Counted from the first letter of the whole stretch, positions 50,375 to 60,484 are shown. The stretch: DNA of 63,998 nucleotides, filler included, from an uncultured bacterium (GCA_964449065.1; 4 parts of 4 records of this genome joined end to end with filler, not necessarily neighbours in it); one strand, 5' to 3'. Numbers and translations: made by a program. The notes: a model not told the origin generated them from the letters alone.

Positions 50375-51559
50375 ATGACCACCGATAAAAACGATTTCTC
50401 TCAACGCAGCGTAATCATCCACGAACAACTGCGCGGCAAGATCAGCGTCCATAACAAAATGCCCATCCGCAGCCGCGACGATCTATCCCTTGCCTACACT
50501 CCCGGTGTTGCTCAGCCTTGCCAAGAAATTGATCAAAATCCGGAACGGGTATGGGATTTAACCATCAAAAGCAATTCCGTCGGTATTGTCAGCGATGGTT
50601 CCGCCGTGTTGGGTCTGGGCAACATCGGCCCGCACGCCGCCATCCCGGTGATGGAAGGCAAGGCCATGCTGTTTAAAGAGTTCGGCAATATCAATGCCTG
50701 GCCGATCTGTGTCGCGACACAAGATTCGCAAGAAATCATCGATACCGTCAAACGCATTGCCCCTGTTTTCGGCGGGATCAACCTGGAAGACATCTCCGCC
50801 CCGCGCTGTTTTGAAATCGAAAACGCCCTGCAGGATATCGAAGTTCCTGTTTTTCATGATGACCAGCACGGCACCGCCATTGTCCTGCTCGGTGCCATGA
50901 TTAACGCGTCCCGCATTCTGGGTAAAAATCTCGGAGACATGCGTGTCGTCGTCAACGGAGCCGGCGCCGCCGGCACCGCCATCGCCAAACTACTACGCTG
51001 CGTCGGCCACGACCCAACCGTCTGCGTTCCCGTCAAGGACATCATTGTCTGCGATTCCAAAGGGGCTATCCATAAAAACCGGGAAGACCTGTCTCCCTAC
51101 AAACTGGAACTTTTAGGCTATACCAACCGAGACAACAAATCCGGAGCATTAAAAGAAGTACTTCAAGGCATGGATGTCTTCATCGGTGTCAGCAAAGGCA
51201 ACCTGCTCACCCAAGAAGACATTCAAACCATGGCACCTGATTCCATTGTCCTGGCGATGGCCAACCCCATTCCCGAAATTATGCCGGATGAAGCCAAAGC
51301 GGGCGGCGCCGCCGTCGTCGGAACCGGACGCAGTGACTTTCCCAACCAGGTGAATAATGTGCTCGCCTTCCCCGGCATATTTCGTGGCGCACTGGACGCG
51401 CGCGCGAGAACCATCACCAACAAGATGAAAATCGCGGCGGCCTGGGCCTTGGCGGACGCGGTGCATGACCCCACTGCCGACGCCATTATCCCCGACCCGC
51501 TTGACCACTCCATCGCCCCGCAAGTCGCCAAAGCCGTCAGCGACGCGTGGACAGAATAA
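50375..51559 (+). CDS. NAD(P)-dependent malic enzyme
   Basis: AYTPGVA, VMEGK, INLEDI, FHDDQHGTA, TGRSDFPNQVNN motifs. Confidence 0.95.
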   Translation: MTTDKNDFSQRSVIIHEQLRGKISVHNKMPIRSRDDLSLAYTPGVAQPCQEIDQNPERVWDLTIKSNSVGIVSDGSAVLGLGNIGPHAAIPVMEGKAMLFKEFGNINAWPICVATQDSQEIIDTVKRIAPVFGGINLEDISAPRCFEIENALQDIEVPVFHDDQHGTAIVLLGAMINASRILGKNLGDMRVVVNGAGAAGTAIAKLLRCVGHDPTVCVPVKDIIVCDSKGAIHKNREDLSPYKLELLGYTNRDNKSGALKEVLQGMDVFIGVSKGNLLTQEDIQTMAPDSIVLAMANPIPEIMPDEAKAGGAAVVGTGRSDFPNQVNNVLAFPGIFRGALDARARTITNKMKIAAAWALADAVHDPTADAIIPDPLDHSIAPQVAKAVSDAWTE

Positions 51560-51615
51560 ATGAACCTAGCCATGATAGAAAAGTGTTTGTCTTCCCACAG
51601 TGTTAGAAAAGTGTT

Positions 51616-51644
51616 TTGACTACAGACTAAATATGGCCTATACT
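51616..51644 (+). promoter_or_regulatory. sigma70-type promoter of the toxin-antitoxin operon
   Basis: TTGACT-17 nt-TATACT. Confidence 0.6.
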
Positions 51645-51680
51645 TATATGATGTATCCTTAAATCCTATATGGTATTTCA

Positions 51681-52034
51681 ATGAAACCGTTGGAGTTTAT
51701 CGGCACTTCAAAAGAAGATTTAAAGAAATGCCCAAAAGGAATTCGAGAAACATTTGGTCACGCGTTTTTTGTGGCTCAAAATGGTGAACAGTATACAAGA
51801 GCAAAACCTCTCAAAGGTTTTGGTAGTGCTAAAGTCCTAGAAGTAATAGAACATGATAAAGGTGGCACATATCGTGGAGTATATACGGTCCGTTTCAAAG
51901 CTGCCGTCTATGTGCTGCATGTTTTTCAGAAAAAATCAAAAATAGGAATCAAGACACCTAAACAGGATATAGAAAAAATACGGCAACGTTTAAAAGAAGC
52001 CGAAGATCATTATAACCATTATTACAAGGCGTAA
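51681..52034 (+). CDS. RelE/HigB-like toxin (Gp49/DUF891 type)
   Basis: KPLKGFG, TYRGVY, YVLHVFQKKS..GIKTP motifs. Confidence 0.9.
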   Translation: MKPLEFIGTSKEDLKKCPKGIRETFGHAFFVAQNGEQYTRAKPLKGFGSAKVLEVIEHDKGGTYRGVYTVRFKAAVYVLHVFQKKSKIGIKTPKQDIEKIRQRLKEAEDHYNHYYKA

Positions 52035-52044
52035 GTGATGAGTC

Positions 52045-52392
52045 ATGAATAGCAAATCAAACAACATCCCCAAATCACAAACCAGCACAGGAAATGTATT
52101 TGAAGATCTAGGATTTACGAATTCGGACGAAATGCTGGCAAAATCAAAAATAGCTTTGCAAATTCAAAAGATTATTCAAAACCGTAAATTGGATCAGCAA
52201 ACGGCGGGTGAGATCATGGGAATCGATCAATCCAAAGTATCAAAAATTTTACTCGGAAAGTTGAGCGGGTTTTCGCTGGAACGGTTAATACGCTTTGTAA
52301 ATGAGTTGGATCACGATGTGGATATACATATCAAACCAAAGCCCCCAAGGCGAAAGAAAGCAGCATTTCAAGTTCACATCACCAAGCGGTAA
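52045..52392 (+). CDS. HigA-like XRE antitoxin (HTH_37)
   Basis: GNVFEDLG; GIDQSKVS; FSLERL; follows the toxin gene. Confidence 0.9.
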   Translation: MNSKSNNIPKSQTSTGNVFEDLGFTNSDEMLAKSKIALQIQKIIQNRKLDQQTAGEIMGIDQSKVSKILLGKLSGFSLERLIRFVNELDHDVDIHIKPKPPRRKKAAFQVHITKR

Positions 52393-52541
52393 ACAAAACC
52401 CGTGTGACGGGTTTGGGCCGTTGCGAAACCCAGCAAGATCACGTACGTTCACATCCTTCTTGAATCATTCTATGTAATACTGATATCATTGCCGAATCAA
52501 TCTGTTAAGAATATATTTTGATTCAAGCGCGCGGGACTTTT

Positions 52542-52624
52542 GGCTCGGCGGTAGCCTTGCCCTCCCAGTGGTTGGCTGCGCTTTTTATAGTGCATCCATT
52601 TGCCGGCTGGAAGCCGATGCTCCC
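52542..52624. repeat. Composite repeat (family A + spacer + family B)
   Basis: Inverted counterpart of 21490-21578. Confidence 0.75.
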
Positions 52625-52662
52625 GACACAATTGAAACGGACATTCTGAATTGCAAATGCAA

Positions 52663-53511
52663 TTATAATGCTTTGGTAAGCATAAACACCGTCACCTCCG
52701 GCCGCGCGTTAAAGCGTACCCGCGTCAAATGTCCCAACCCCCGGTTGATATACATCTTCAACCCCTCCTGCAAATCAAACGCCCCCGATGTATACCGCCT
52801 GTTCTTTACCGGCAGAATCGGCGGAGGCAAAAACGGCAGCTTGCACTGCCCTCCGTGCGTATGCCCGGCAAGAATCCATCCCTTAATTCCATTCCAAACG
52901 GGCTGATCCGCCGCATCCGGATTGTGGCACAAAATGATAGATGACTGTTCACGGTCTACGTTGTCTACGATGGAGGCCGGATCAAAATTCGGGCTCCACA
53001 TATCATCCAACCCGATGACCGGCAGTCCACTCACACTGGTTTGTTCATTGCGGAGTACTTTAACTCCATAATTCGCTAAACAAGTGACGATGCGATCCGC
53101 AACATCCTGCATCCGCCACCCAAACCCGTAATCATGATTGCCCAACACGCCGAATGTGCCTAACGTTCCTTGCGGCAAATGATCCATTACCCGCGCCAGT
53201 TCATCCACTTGTTGAGGGGATTCATACGAAACAAAATCGCCCGTCAATAGCAACACATCCGGCTCGATCTCTTGCACCGCTTTCAACGTGCTGATGAGAT
53301 ACCCGCTATCCACCTGCGGCCCCACATGCACATCGCTGATCTGCACAACTGTCTTGTTTTCCAGTTCAGACGGCAAATCCGGCAGCGGCATTTTCCGGCG
53401 CACAAACTCCACCCAATGCGGTTCAATCCGCCAGGTATAAACACCCATCCCCACCGGAATCAAGGGCAACCCCGCTAAGGCAGATAGTATTGTTCGGCGT
53501 GTCAGTTTCAT
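52663..53511 (-). CDS. Calcineurin-like metallophosphoesterase (YkuE/YaeI-like)
   Basis: SDVH, TGDF, GNHD, CHNPD, GHTHGGQ motifs; Tat-like TRRTIL. Confidence 0.92.
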   Translation of the reverse strand: MKLTRRTILSALAGLPLIPVGMGVYTWRIEPHWVEFVRRKMPLPDLPSELENKTVVQISDVHVGPQVDSGYLISTLKAVQEIEPDVLLLTGDFVSYESPQQVDELARVMDHLPQGTLGTFGVLGNHDYGFGWRMQDVADRIVTCLANYGVKVLRNEQTSVSGLPVIGLDDMWSPNFDPASIVDNVDREQSSIILCHNPDAADQPVWNGIKGWILAGHTHGGQCKLPFLPPPILPVKNRRYTSGAFDLQEGLKMYINRGLGHLTRVRFNARPEVTVFMLTKAL

Positions 53512-53659
53512 ATCAAATAGAACGCTTGGATTGGGGAATCATAACGGTTCTTACAAACATGGAACAGATTCTCTGTATTCATTGTGCCTCTGTGATAAAT
53601 CTATATTCCGTCTTCATTTTCCTTTACAATGAATCGTATCTTATTGGGGAGAAATCGTC

Positions 53660-55114
53660 ATGCAAAATACCAATCGAAGAAGCTTTCTGCAAACGGCCGG
53701 AGCCGTATCCTTATTTCATATCGCATCCAGCAGAATACTCAACGCCCAATCCAAGCCCAACATCCTTTGGATCATCGGCGAAGATGTCAGCCCCGATATC
53801 GGCTGCTATGGCAACAAAACCGTTCACACGCCCAACATCGATCAACTCGCGAGCGAAGGCGTACGCTTTGATAACGCATTCGCCACCTGCCCGGTCTGCT
53901 CTCCCGCCCGCTCGGCCCTGCACACCGGCATGTATCAAACCACCATCGGCGCCCACAACCACCGCAGCCACCGCGATGATGATTATCCCCTGCCGCAAGG
54001 CACACATCTCGTCACGCATCTATTTCAAAAGGCAGGCTACCAAACCGCCAACATCACCCAGTTTGATGAAACGCTAAAAGGTACAGGCAAAACCGATTGG
54101 AATTTTTCTGTCGATCACCCATTTGATACCAACAATTGGAATGATTTAAAAAGCGATCAACCCTTCTTCGCGCAGATCAACTTTCCCGAATCGCACCGCG
54201 CCTTTAAACGCAGCAAAACCAAACCGGTTCGCGTAGAGGATGTCGAGATTCCGCCCTATTATCCCGATCACCCCATTGTCCGCGAAGACTGGGCCAAGTA
54301 TCTCGATACCGTCGGCATGTTGGATGAAAAAGTCGGCAAGGTCTTGCGCAAACTTAAAGATGACGGCCTGGCCGAAAACACCATCGTTATCTTTATGGGA
54401 GACCACGGCCGCTGCCAGCCCCGCGGGAAGCAGTTCTTGTATGAAGGCGGCATCCGTGTTCCGTTGGTCATCCGCTATCCGGAACATTTTAAACCGGGAA
54501 CCGTGAACAATACGCTGGTACGCAACATCGATATCACCGCAACAACCCTGCAACTCGCGGGAATCGACCTACCCGAAGATATGCAGGGCAAATCGGTCCT
54601 TAACTTGAATGAGAGTCCGCACGAATTCATCGTTTCGGCCCGCGACCGCTGCGATGAAACCGTAGACCGCATCCGCTGCATCCGCACAAAACGGTTTAAG
54701 TATATTCGCAACTTTTATCCTGAGCGTCCCTATACCCAGCTCAACCGCTACAAAGAAACCTCGTATCCCGGTCTGCGTTTACTGCGCCGCTTAAAGCATC
54801 AAGATCAACTTACCGAAGCCCAAGCCCACTTCATGGCAGACACCCGTCCCGAGCATGAACTCTACGACCTGCAAAACGATCCGCATGAAATCCACAATCT
54901 TGCCGGGTCGAAGAAACACCAAATCACGCTTCATGCCTTGCAGGCAAAACTTGATCAGTGGATCGAAACTACAGACGACAAAGGCGCAGAAAAAGAACCG
55001 CCCGCCATTGCCAAACAATACGAACAAAAAATGATCCGCGTCTACAACGAACGCTTGAAAACACTCTATGAAGAAGAAAACATGAAACTATCCTGGATCG
55101 GACTTAGCTCATAA
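53660..55114 (+). CDS. Sulfatase with Tat signal
   Basis: NRRSFL Tat motif; PNILWI; CSPARSALHTG formylglycine motif; GDHG. Confidence 0.95.
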   Translation: MQNTNRRSFLQTAGAVSLFHIASSRILNAQSKPNILWIIGEDVSPDIGCYGNKTVHTPNIDQLASEGVRFDNAFATCPVCSPARSALHTGMYQTTIGAHNHRSHRDDDYPLPQGTHLVTHLFQKAGYQTANITQFDETLKGTGKTDWNFSVDHPFDTNNWNDLKSDQPFFAQINFPESHRAFKRSKTKPVRVEDVEIPPYYPDHPIVREDWAKYLDTVGMLDEKVGKVLRKLKDDGLAENTIVIFMGDHGRCQPRGKQFLYEGGIRVPLVIRYPEHFKPGTVNNTLVRNIDITATTLQLAGIDLPEDMQGKSVLNLNESPHEFIVSARDRCDETVDRIRCIRTKRFKYIRNFYPERPYTQLNRYKETSYPGLRLLRRLKHQDQLTEAQAHFMADTRPEHELYDLQNDPHEIHNLAGSKKHQITLHALQAKLDQWIETTDDKGAEKEPPAIAKQYEQKMIRVYNERLKTLYEEENMKLSWIGLSS

Positions 55115-55169
55115 GGAGACGGTAACATGAAATACATATTCGTATTTCACTGGGGGCTATGGCACGCAT

Positions 55170-55314
55170 TATAGGCAATTTTTTCTTGCTCTTGTACCGA
55201 GAGGATGGAAGTGCTGCACCATTCGTTCTCGTGCATCGCGGAAAGACCATACCTCCCCGTCCTCGGACAGGCAAAGCAGTGGAAGCATGATCTCATGAAA
55301 TTTTGGTATGCCAT
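55170..55314 (-). pseudogene. Mrr-like restriction protein N-terminal remnant (second integron cassette)
   Basis: GGGAG RBS; one-base frameshift after ATG restores M-x-IPKFHEIMLPLLCLSEDGEVWSFRDARERMVQHF, resembling Mrr_N. Confidence 0.65.
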
Positions 55315-55337
55315 GCGCCGATTTCTCCCGGTCTAGT

Positions 55338-55425
55338 GCCTAACGCTTCGCATCACCGGCAGCAAAAAGCAGAGCGAGGGACGAGCGACGCTTTTTGCTG
55401 TCCGAGTGCATTTGCCTTGTTAGAC
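55338..55425 (-). other. Integron attC recombination site (88 bp)
   Basis: R'' GTCTAAC and R' GTTAGGC; L boxes AT(G)CAC/GTGAT with extrahelical G; stem CAGCAAAAAGC/GCTTTTTGCTG. Confidence 0.88.
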
Positions 55426-55854
55426 TTTTTCATGTGTGAACACCATTCTCACAGCCCGACCTTCTTCACCCCATGGTGTGATATTTGTCATTTGAAGCAC
55501 AAGGGAGCCATCTGGTCGTTCAGATAACTTACTCCGCCAACCCCATTTGGGATTGTCAGGGACTTCATATTCATGAATTATCGTGAAAATACCCCATGCC
55601 TTTGGAACATTAAAACACTGAACAGCGTTTTCTTGGTGCCAGCTATCTACCCAAATTGCGCCATTTTCATTAAAAGTGAAACTTCCGTTCTTAACTTCAC
55701 CCTTATAAATCCATGAATAATTAATTGCGTCAGCTTCAATTTTGAGTTCACTATCATAATGCTCAGCCGAATTGCCTTCTGGATCTAACCACAGATCTCC
55801 TTTGCCTTTCCATTTTGTTCCTGCCAATTTTGTAAGCCATTCTTTCATCTTCAT
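55420..55854 (-). CDS. Hypothetical protein in an integron gene cassette (DUF1579-like beta-barrel, tentative)
   Basis: GGAG RBS; AT-rich; stop codon inside attC R''; WVDSWH and WGWR motifs. Confidence 0.8.
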   Translation of the reverse strand: MKMKEWLTKLAGTKWKGKGDLWLDPEGNSAEHYDSELKIEADAINYSWIYKGEVKNGSFTFNENGAIWVDSWHQENAVQCFNVPKAWGIFTIIHEYEVPDNPKWGWRSKLSERPDGSLVLQMTNITPWGEEGRAVRMVFTHEKV

Positions 55855-56041
55855 GCTCCGTTGATATACGTTCTCTTTACGGGATAACAAATTATTCAAT
55901 GGTTTCCGTACTTTATGCCATATAGTCTTGACAGACAAGAAAATTCGTATCGATTTTCTCTATATACTAACCGTTGTTTATTACTGGACAGTGCAAAGTT
56001 TGGCGGTTTTTTGCTGAGAGTCCAGATTATGCAGCCATGTT

Positions 56042-56275
56042 CTAGTCTTGAAGTTTCTCCACCGCCACCGCTTTATCCAGCAGACTGCATGGTTCGCCCG
56101 GAAACCACACCAGCCCTTCATGGATGCGGGACACCAATGGAACCGCCGCCACATGCCCGCTGGCTGTACAGTCCAGCACCTGAAAGGAATGCCCCAGAAT
56201 ATACGAGGGTTTCGAGTTATTGCCGGAGGGTTGATGCAGGGCTTTCACCCCCGGCATCTTTTTTCCCTCAACCCT
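56042..56275 (-). pseudogene. DDE transposase fragment
   Basis: EGKKMPGVKALHQPS..KPSYILGHSFQ..VPLVSRIHEG..LLDK resembles IS4/IS701-like DDE transposases. Confidence 0.65.
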
Positions 56276-56516
56276 AAATAAAATGATTAATGAACAGTCT
56301 ATAGGGTAGAGGCTATTTCTTTTTTAAAAAGAATTTCCTTCCGTCGTTCACTCAGGGACACTCAGAACTTCGCACTCTCCAGTTATTAACTAGTGTCAGA
56401 TTGAGTATCGCCTAGTTCCGCTCACCGCAATAGCAGCATTGCTCGCAGGGAACATCATCAACAAATATATTTGCCGTCACGCTTGTATGTATACCGCACG
56501 TTTGCGTGCTTGAAGT

Positions 56517-56616
56517 NNNNNNNNNNNNNNNNNNNNNNNNNNNNNNNNNNNNNNNNNNNNTTAATTAATTAANNNNNNNNNNNNNNNNNNNNNNNNNNNN
56601 NNNNNNNNNNNNNNNN
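56517..56616. other. Artificial contig linker
   Basis: N44-TTAATTAATTAA-N44. Confidence 0.97.
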
Positions 56617-57173
56617 CCATCCATATTGTCAAGCAAATTGAAGGAATTAGAAATCAGTACAATCCAAAATAAGGTTAATAAAAATTGCAACGCGGGAACG
56701 TCAATAAAAAGAGCAATATAAATATCAAAGTAAAATAAGATCAACGCGGCCACAAACTGACCGGCGAGTTTTATCAGCGGATTCATTCCATACCGGTCGT
56801 CGAAAAGCCCCACTACGAATAAGATCAAGCCGCCCAGCATAATGCCGTTAAGCTGCCACCATACTTTCTCCGCGCCGGAAGCAAAATAGGCGAGTTTGTT
56901 GATATGCAGCATGAGTTTGCTGTCTATCGATAAATTGGCATGAAAGACCCACCAAAGCAAAAAGAGATTGCCGTAAATCATCAGCACGAAGGATAGGAAG
57001 ATAGCGGCACCGCCCAGCAGCGGCTTAGGGTGGTGATGTACTTTGCGGTGTCCGGGATGATCTACGAAGCCGATTTTAGGGGCAATGAAGATCATGATTC
57101 GGGTGAAAATCCAAGAAAGCACACAACCCTGACAAAACAAAAGAAAAAAGTGATACCATTCCATGTGAAACAC
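56617..57173 (-). CDS. MraY/WecA-family polyprenyl-phosphate GlcNAc-1-P transferase, truncated at contig end
   Basis: DHPGHRKVH..PLLGG, GLFDD, NSFNLLDNMD motifs. Confidence 0.9.
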
Positions 57174-57476
57174 GTTGTTGAAGTTGGAATTTGGTGTTGC
57201 TCAATTCGATTTTAAGTCAAATCAACTCGAAACTATACAACAGAAGCGCCGGTTTCTTAACACAGGCATAACTATATCAGAGCTGATGCGGACAAACAAG
57301 GAATAACGGTTCCCTTAAGAATTAATTCAATGCTGATTGTAATTTTATAGAATTTTTGTGAATGCGTGTTAAAATCTTAAAAGAGAGATGTCTTAATTTG
57401 AGCTATCAATTTGATTTTTATTGTGAATTTATGCGAATGATTTTCCTTAACCCTTTGAATTCCCTAAGATTAAAAA

Positions 57477-57492
57477 TGGCACGTTTCTCGCA
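57477..57492 (+). promoter_or_regulatory. Putative sigma54 promoter
   Basis: TGGCACGTTTCTCGCA with GG-N10-GC spacing, 25 nt before the ATG. Confidence 0.55.
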
Positions 57493-57516
57493 TATCCATA
57501 AAGAGAAGGAGAAATC

Positions 57517-58509
57517 ATGAATAATCAAAACCAAAGTCAAACTCCAAAACCTGTAAAAGACTCGCTATTAAATAAGACCAAAAAAGTGTTGTCTTCGTTT
57601 GCCCAAAAGATTGGCCTGAAAAACACTGAAGAAATGTCGAAGACGGAATTGGTTCAATCTCTTGAGCAGCGTGAAAAAGAGGTAAAGCCCATGTTAGCAC
57701 AAACTGATTCTGCAACAGCAACATTAAAAAATCAGTCGCTGAAACAAGCCAAGCAGTCGGAGATCAACCATCTTCGCGATGTGGAAAAACAAGCGGTTCT
57801 CAAAGAAGTGACACAGGCACCGGAACAGCACGCGGCATCCAGCCGTATGGAAGAACCGCAATTTGTGGGAACGGAAGAACCGGCCGATACCTGGCACGGC
57901 GAGACCGGTCCGGAAATGCCGCGGCATTACGGGCGAACCATGCTGTATGCCATGCCGCGTGACCCGAATTGGATTTATTTGTATTGGGAGATTTCTGACG
58001 ATAGCAAACGCGAAGTTCAGGATCAAAATGGCGAATGGATTTTTGAAACGTCAACCTCCATTATTCGTGTATACGATGAACAAGGAAACGTATATCAAGA
58101 AGTTCCTGTGTTGTTGGATGCGATGGGGTGGTATATGTCTTTGCCTTCCAGCCGGGATTTCCATTTTGAACTGGGGCTGAATGCGGAAGAAAACTTTATC
58201 GTGCTGGCAAAGTCAAACAAAATATCCCTGTCACAAGCCAAGCCCAGCGATGTGATTGACGAAGAATGGGCGGTGGTAGAAGAACGCTTTAAAGAAATGC
58301 TGGAAGCCGCGGCATCCGGCAGAGCGGGATCGCTGGGAGCTTCGGAAAACGTCATGCCGCATTTGGTAACGGAACGCTTCCGTATTCCATGGGATATCCC
58401 CAATATCCACCAGTTGCCCTCGTCTCATGAGTTCGTTTCATCCCATTCGATTAGCAGCCATACGCTGAGCGGAAAACCAGTGCAAAAGCGAGTAATGAGT
58501 GATGATTGA
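57517..58509 (+). CDS. DUF4912 domain protein
   Basis: PRHYGRT..MPRDPNWIYLYWEI; N-terminal Rho-N-like MSKTELV segment; Ser-rich tail. Confidence 0.85.
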   Translation: MNNQNQSQTPKPVKDSLLNKTKKVLSSFAQKIGLKNTEEMSKTELVQSLEQREKEVKPMLAQTDSATATLKNQSLKQAKQSEINHLRDVEKQAVLKEVTQAPEQHAASSRMEEPQFVGTEEPADTWHGETGPEMPRHYGRTMLYAMPRDPNWIYLYWEISDDSKREVQDQNGEWIFETSTSIIRVYDEQGNVYQEVPVLLDAMGWYMSLPSSRDFHFELGLNAEENFIVLAKSNKISLSQAKPSDVIDEEWAVVEERFKEMLEAAASGRAGSLGASENVMPHLVTERFRIPWDIPNIHQLPSSHEFVSSHSISSHTLSGKPVQKRVMSDD

Positions 58510-58536
58510 TGATTGAAAAGTGGTTAGATAAAGTTA

Positions 58537-58566
58537 AAGGAGACCGGTAGTTGGTCTCCTTTTTTT
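58537..58566 (+). terminator. Rho-independent terminator
   Basis: AAGGAGACC-loop-GGTCTCCTT followed by T tract. Confidence 0.8.
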
Positions 58567-58600
58567 ATTGCAGATTTTTATTGCAGATTTTTATTGCAGA
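58562..58600. repeat. 13-bp tandem repeat x3
   Basis: TTTTTATTGCAGA repeated three times. Confidence 0.8.
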
Positions 58601-58653
58601 ATTTCAAAGGCGTTGCCCTAATAGTCTGACAGAGTCTTAATGTCGGATTGAAT

Positions 58654-58692
58654 TAGGAGGGCGAGGCTCCCGCCGAGCCAGAAGTACCGTTC
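58654..58692. repeat. REP-like repeat family A
   Basis: GGAGGGCGAGGCTCCCGCCGAGCC. Confidence 0.8.
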
Positions 58693-58916
58693 ATTTCAAT
58701 CCAAACGCATTTTTGGCGACATCGCTTTAAATAATGAAAACGCCCCAAATGGGCGCCCTAACATAACCCAAGGCAACGCTAGGTAATAATTGTGGGTAAA
58801 CCTCAGCCTTGTTAAGGGGGGCAAAGCACGTTTCCAACCTTGGTGAACTACTAGGTTATGTTAGGCAACTCCATTGTTAATATCGTTGCAGGCAGGATGC
58901 CTTCACTCCCAGCGGT

Positions 58917-60221
58917 TTATTCTCCGATGCAGTAGAGATTGTCCGCGGTTCGGATGAGGAGTTTACCATCTAATGGGACAATGCAGGCGCGCACCGGGCC
59001 TTCTCCCATTTCAATGCGGTTGAGTTCTTTGTATTCGTCTCCCCCCGCTTGCATGACAACTACCAGGCCGTCTTCATTCACCACATAGATTTTGCCGTCG
59101 GCTGCTGTGGGGGAGGAACGGTATACCTTATTGCCGCCGGTTTCTCCCTGCCAGATTTTTTCACCTGTTTTTGAGTCTAAACAAGTCATGACGTAACGGT
59201 CTCCATCAAAGACATACAGTTTATCCTTATACAACAAAGGAACGCACACATCCGGAGGAAATTCCTCGAATTTCCAAGAGATGGCGCTGTCATCCAGTTT
59301 GCCCTTGCCGCCCGCTTCTATGGCGAATAACGGTTGCCGTTTGGGCGCGGCAACAATCACATGGTTCTTTGTCGTGAGAGGGGCGGGTACGATACGCCAA
59401 TGACCGATTTTGGTGGGATTGTAATTGCCCCAGCGCCAAAGTTCTTCACCGGTATCAGGGTGATGGCTGGTGACGTAATCGCCGCCGAAGACAATAATTT
59501 CTTTGCGGCCGTTGTATTCAAACGGGATGGGGGTGGTGTAGGCTTCTTGTGATTCCGCTTTGGCATCGGTTGGGCGGATCTGGCGCCATTTGACTTCACC
59601 GTTTTTCGAATTCAAGGCCAAAATATAGGATTCACTGGGGTCTCCACTGCCGCCACCTCCACGAGGAGGCCGGTCGCGGTGCAGCACCTGGATGTATAAG
59701 GTATCGTTAAACAATAAGGGGCTGGAGCCGTATCCAAATTGAATATGCAAGTCACCGTATTTGTCTTCGAGATTCATTTTCCACTTTTGGTTACCGTTCA
59801 AGTCAAAGGCGGCTAAATCGCCGGAACCAAATAAGAAGTAAACCATTTCGCCATTCGTTACCGGTGAGGGAGACGCTTTGTTGTGGCGCCCCCAGTTGCC
59901 GGAATCGAATCCAACGGGTTTTTTCCATTGGATTTCGCCGGTTTTTTTGTCCAATCCAAGAGCGACCAATTCGTTGGTGGTTTCATCCAGCGAACTGACA
60001 AAGATTTGGTCTTCCCACACGATGGGAGTGGCGGCGCTTTCACCGGGCATGGGAGTGACCCAAGCGACGTTTTCGGTTTTGCTCCATTCGGTTGGCAAAC
60101 CGGCAGCGGAGCCGCTGCCGTTGTAGTTGGGGCCGCGCCAGTTATCCCAATTTTGGGCGGACACGGGACTCATCAGCAATGCTATTGTGAATACGGATAG
60201 GGCAATTGGTTTCCAGTTCAT
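58917..60221 (-). CDS. PQQ-like/BamB-like beta-propeller secreted protein
   Basis: AGGAG RBS; signal peptide; WDNWRGP; repeated SSP/TP..TGE..W blades. Confidence 0.9.
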   Translation of the reverse strand: MNWKPIALSVFTIALLMSPVSAQNWDNWRGPNYNGSGSAAGLPTEWSKTENVAWVTPMPGESAATPIVWEDQIFVSSLDETTNELVALGLDKKTGEIQWKKPVGFDSGNWGRHNKASPSPVTNGEMVYFLFGSGDLAAFDLNGNQKWKMNLEDKYGDLHIQFGYGSSPLLFNDTLYIQVLHRDRPPRGGGGSGDPSESYILALNSKNGEVKWRQIRPTDAKAESQEAYTTPIPFEYNGRKEIIVFGGDYVTSHHPDTGEELWRWGNYNPTKIGHWRIVPAPLTTKNHVIVAAPKRQPLFAIEAGGKGKLDDSAISWKFEEFPPDVCVPLLYKDKLYVFDGDRYVMTCLDSKTGEKIWQGETGGNKVYRSSPTAADGKIYVVNEDGLVVVMQAGGDEYKELNRIEMGEGPVRACIVPLDGKLLIRTADNLYCIGE

Positions 60222-60276
60222 ACTGTTCTCCTAAAAAAATTGAAATGCTGGTTTCAAATTCGGTTTGAAAGAGGTC

Positions 60277-60318
60277 GAACGGTGCTTCCGGCTCGGCGGG
60301 AGCCTCGCCCTCCCAAAA
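60277..60318. repeat. REP-like repeat family A
   Basis: GGCTCGGCGGGAGCCTCGCCCTCCC. Confidence 0.8.
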
Positions 60319-60484
60319 CCTATTTCTGAAAATAATTTAGAATGTATATGCTAAAGAAAAATGATTTTAAACGCAAGCGTCAAGCGTATGGCGCTTGTAC
60401 ATGATGTCGCAGCCGGGATGGGTTTTGTTCAGGAGACCTGTTAAAATATCTCGAATTTAGTACTGTAAAATAGTACTATATGTT

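Noticed and set aside
58755..58868. CCCTAAC...GTTAGGC inverted repeat as a second attC
   Set aside because: The interior lacks L boxes and a continuous stem, no cassette gene stops at it, and it lies among REP-type repeats
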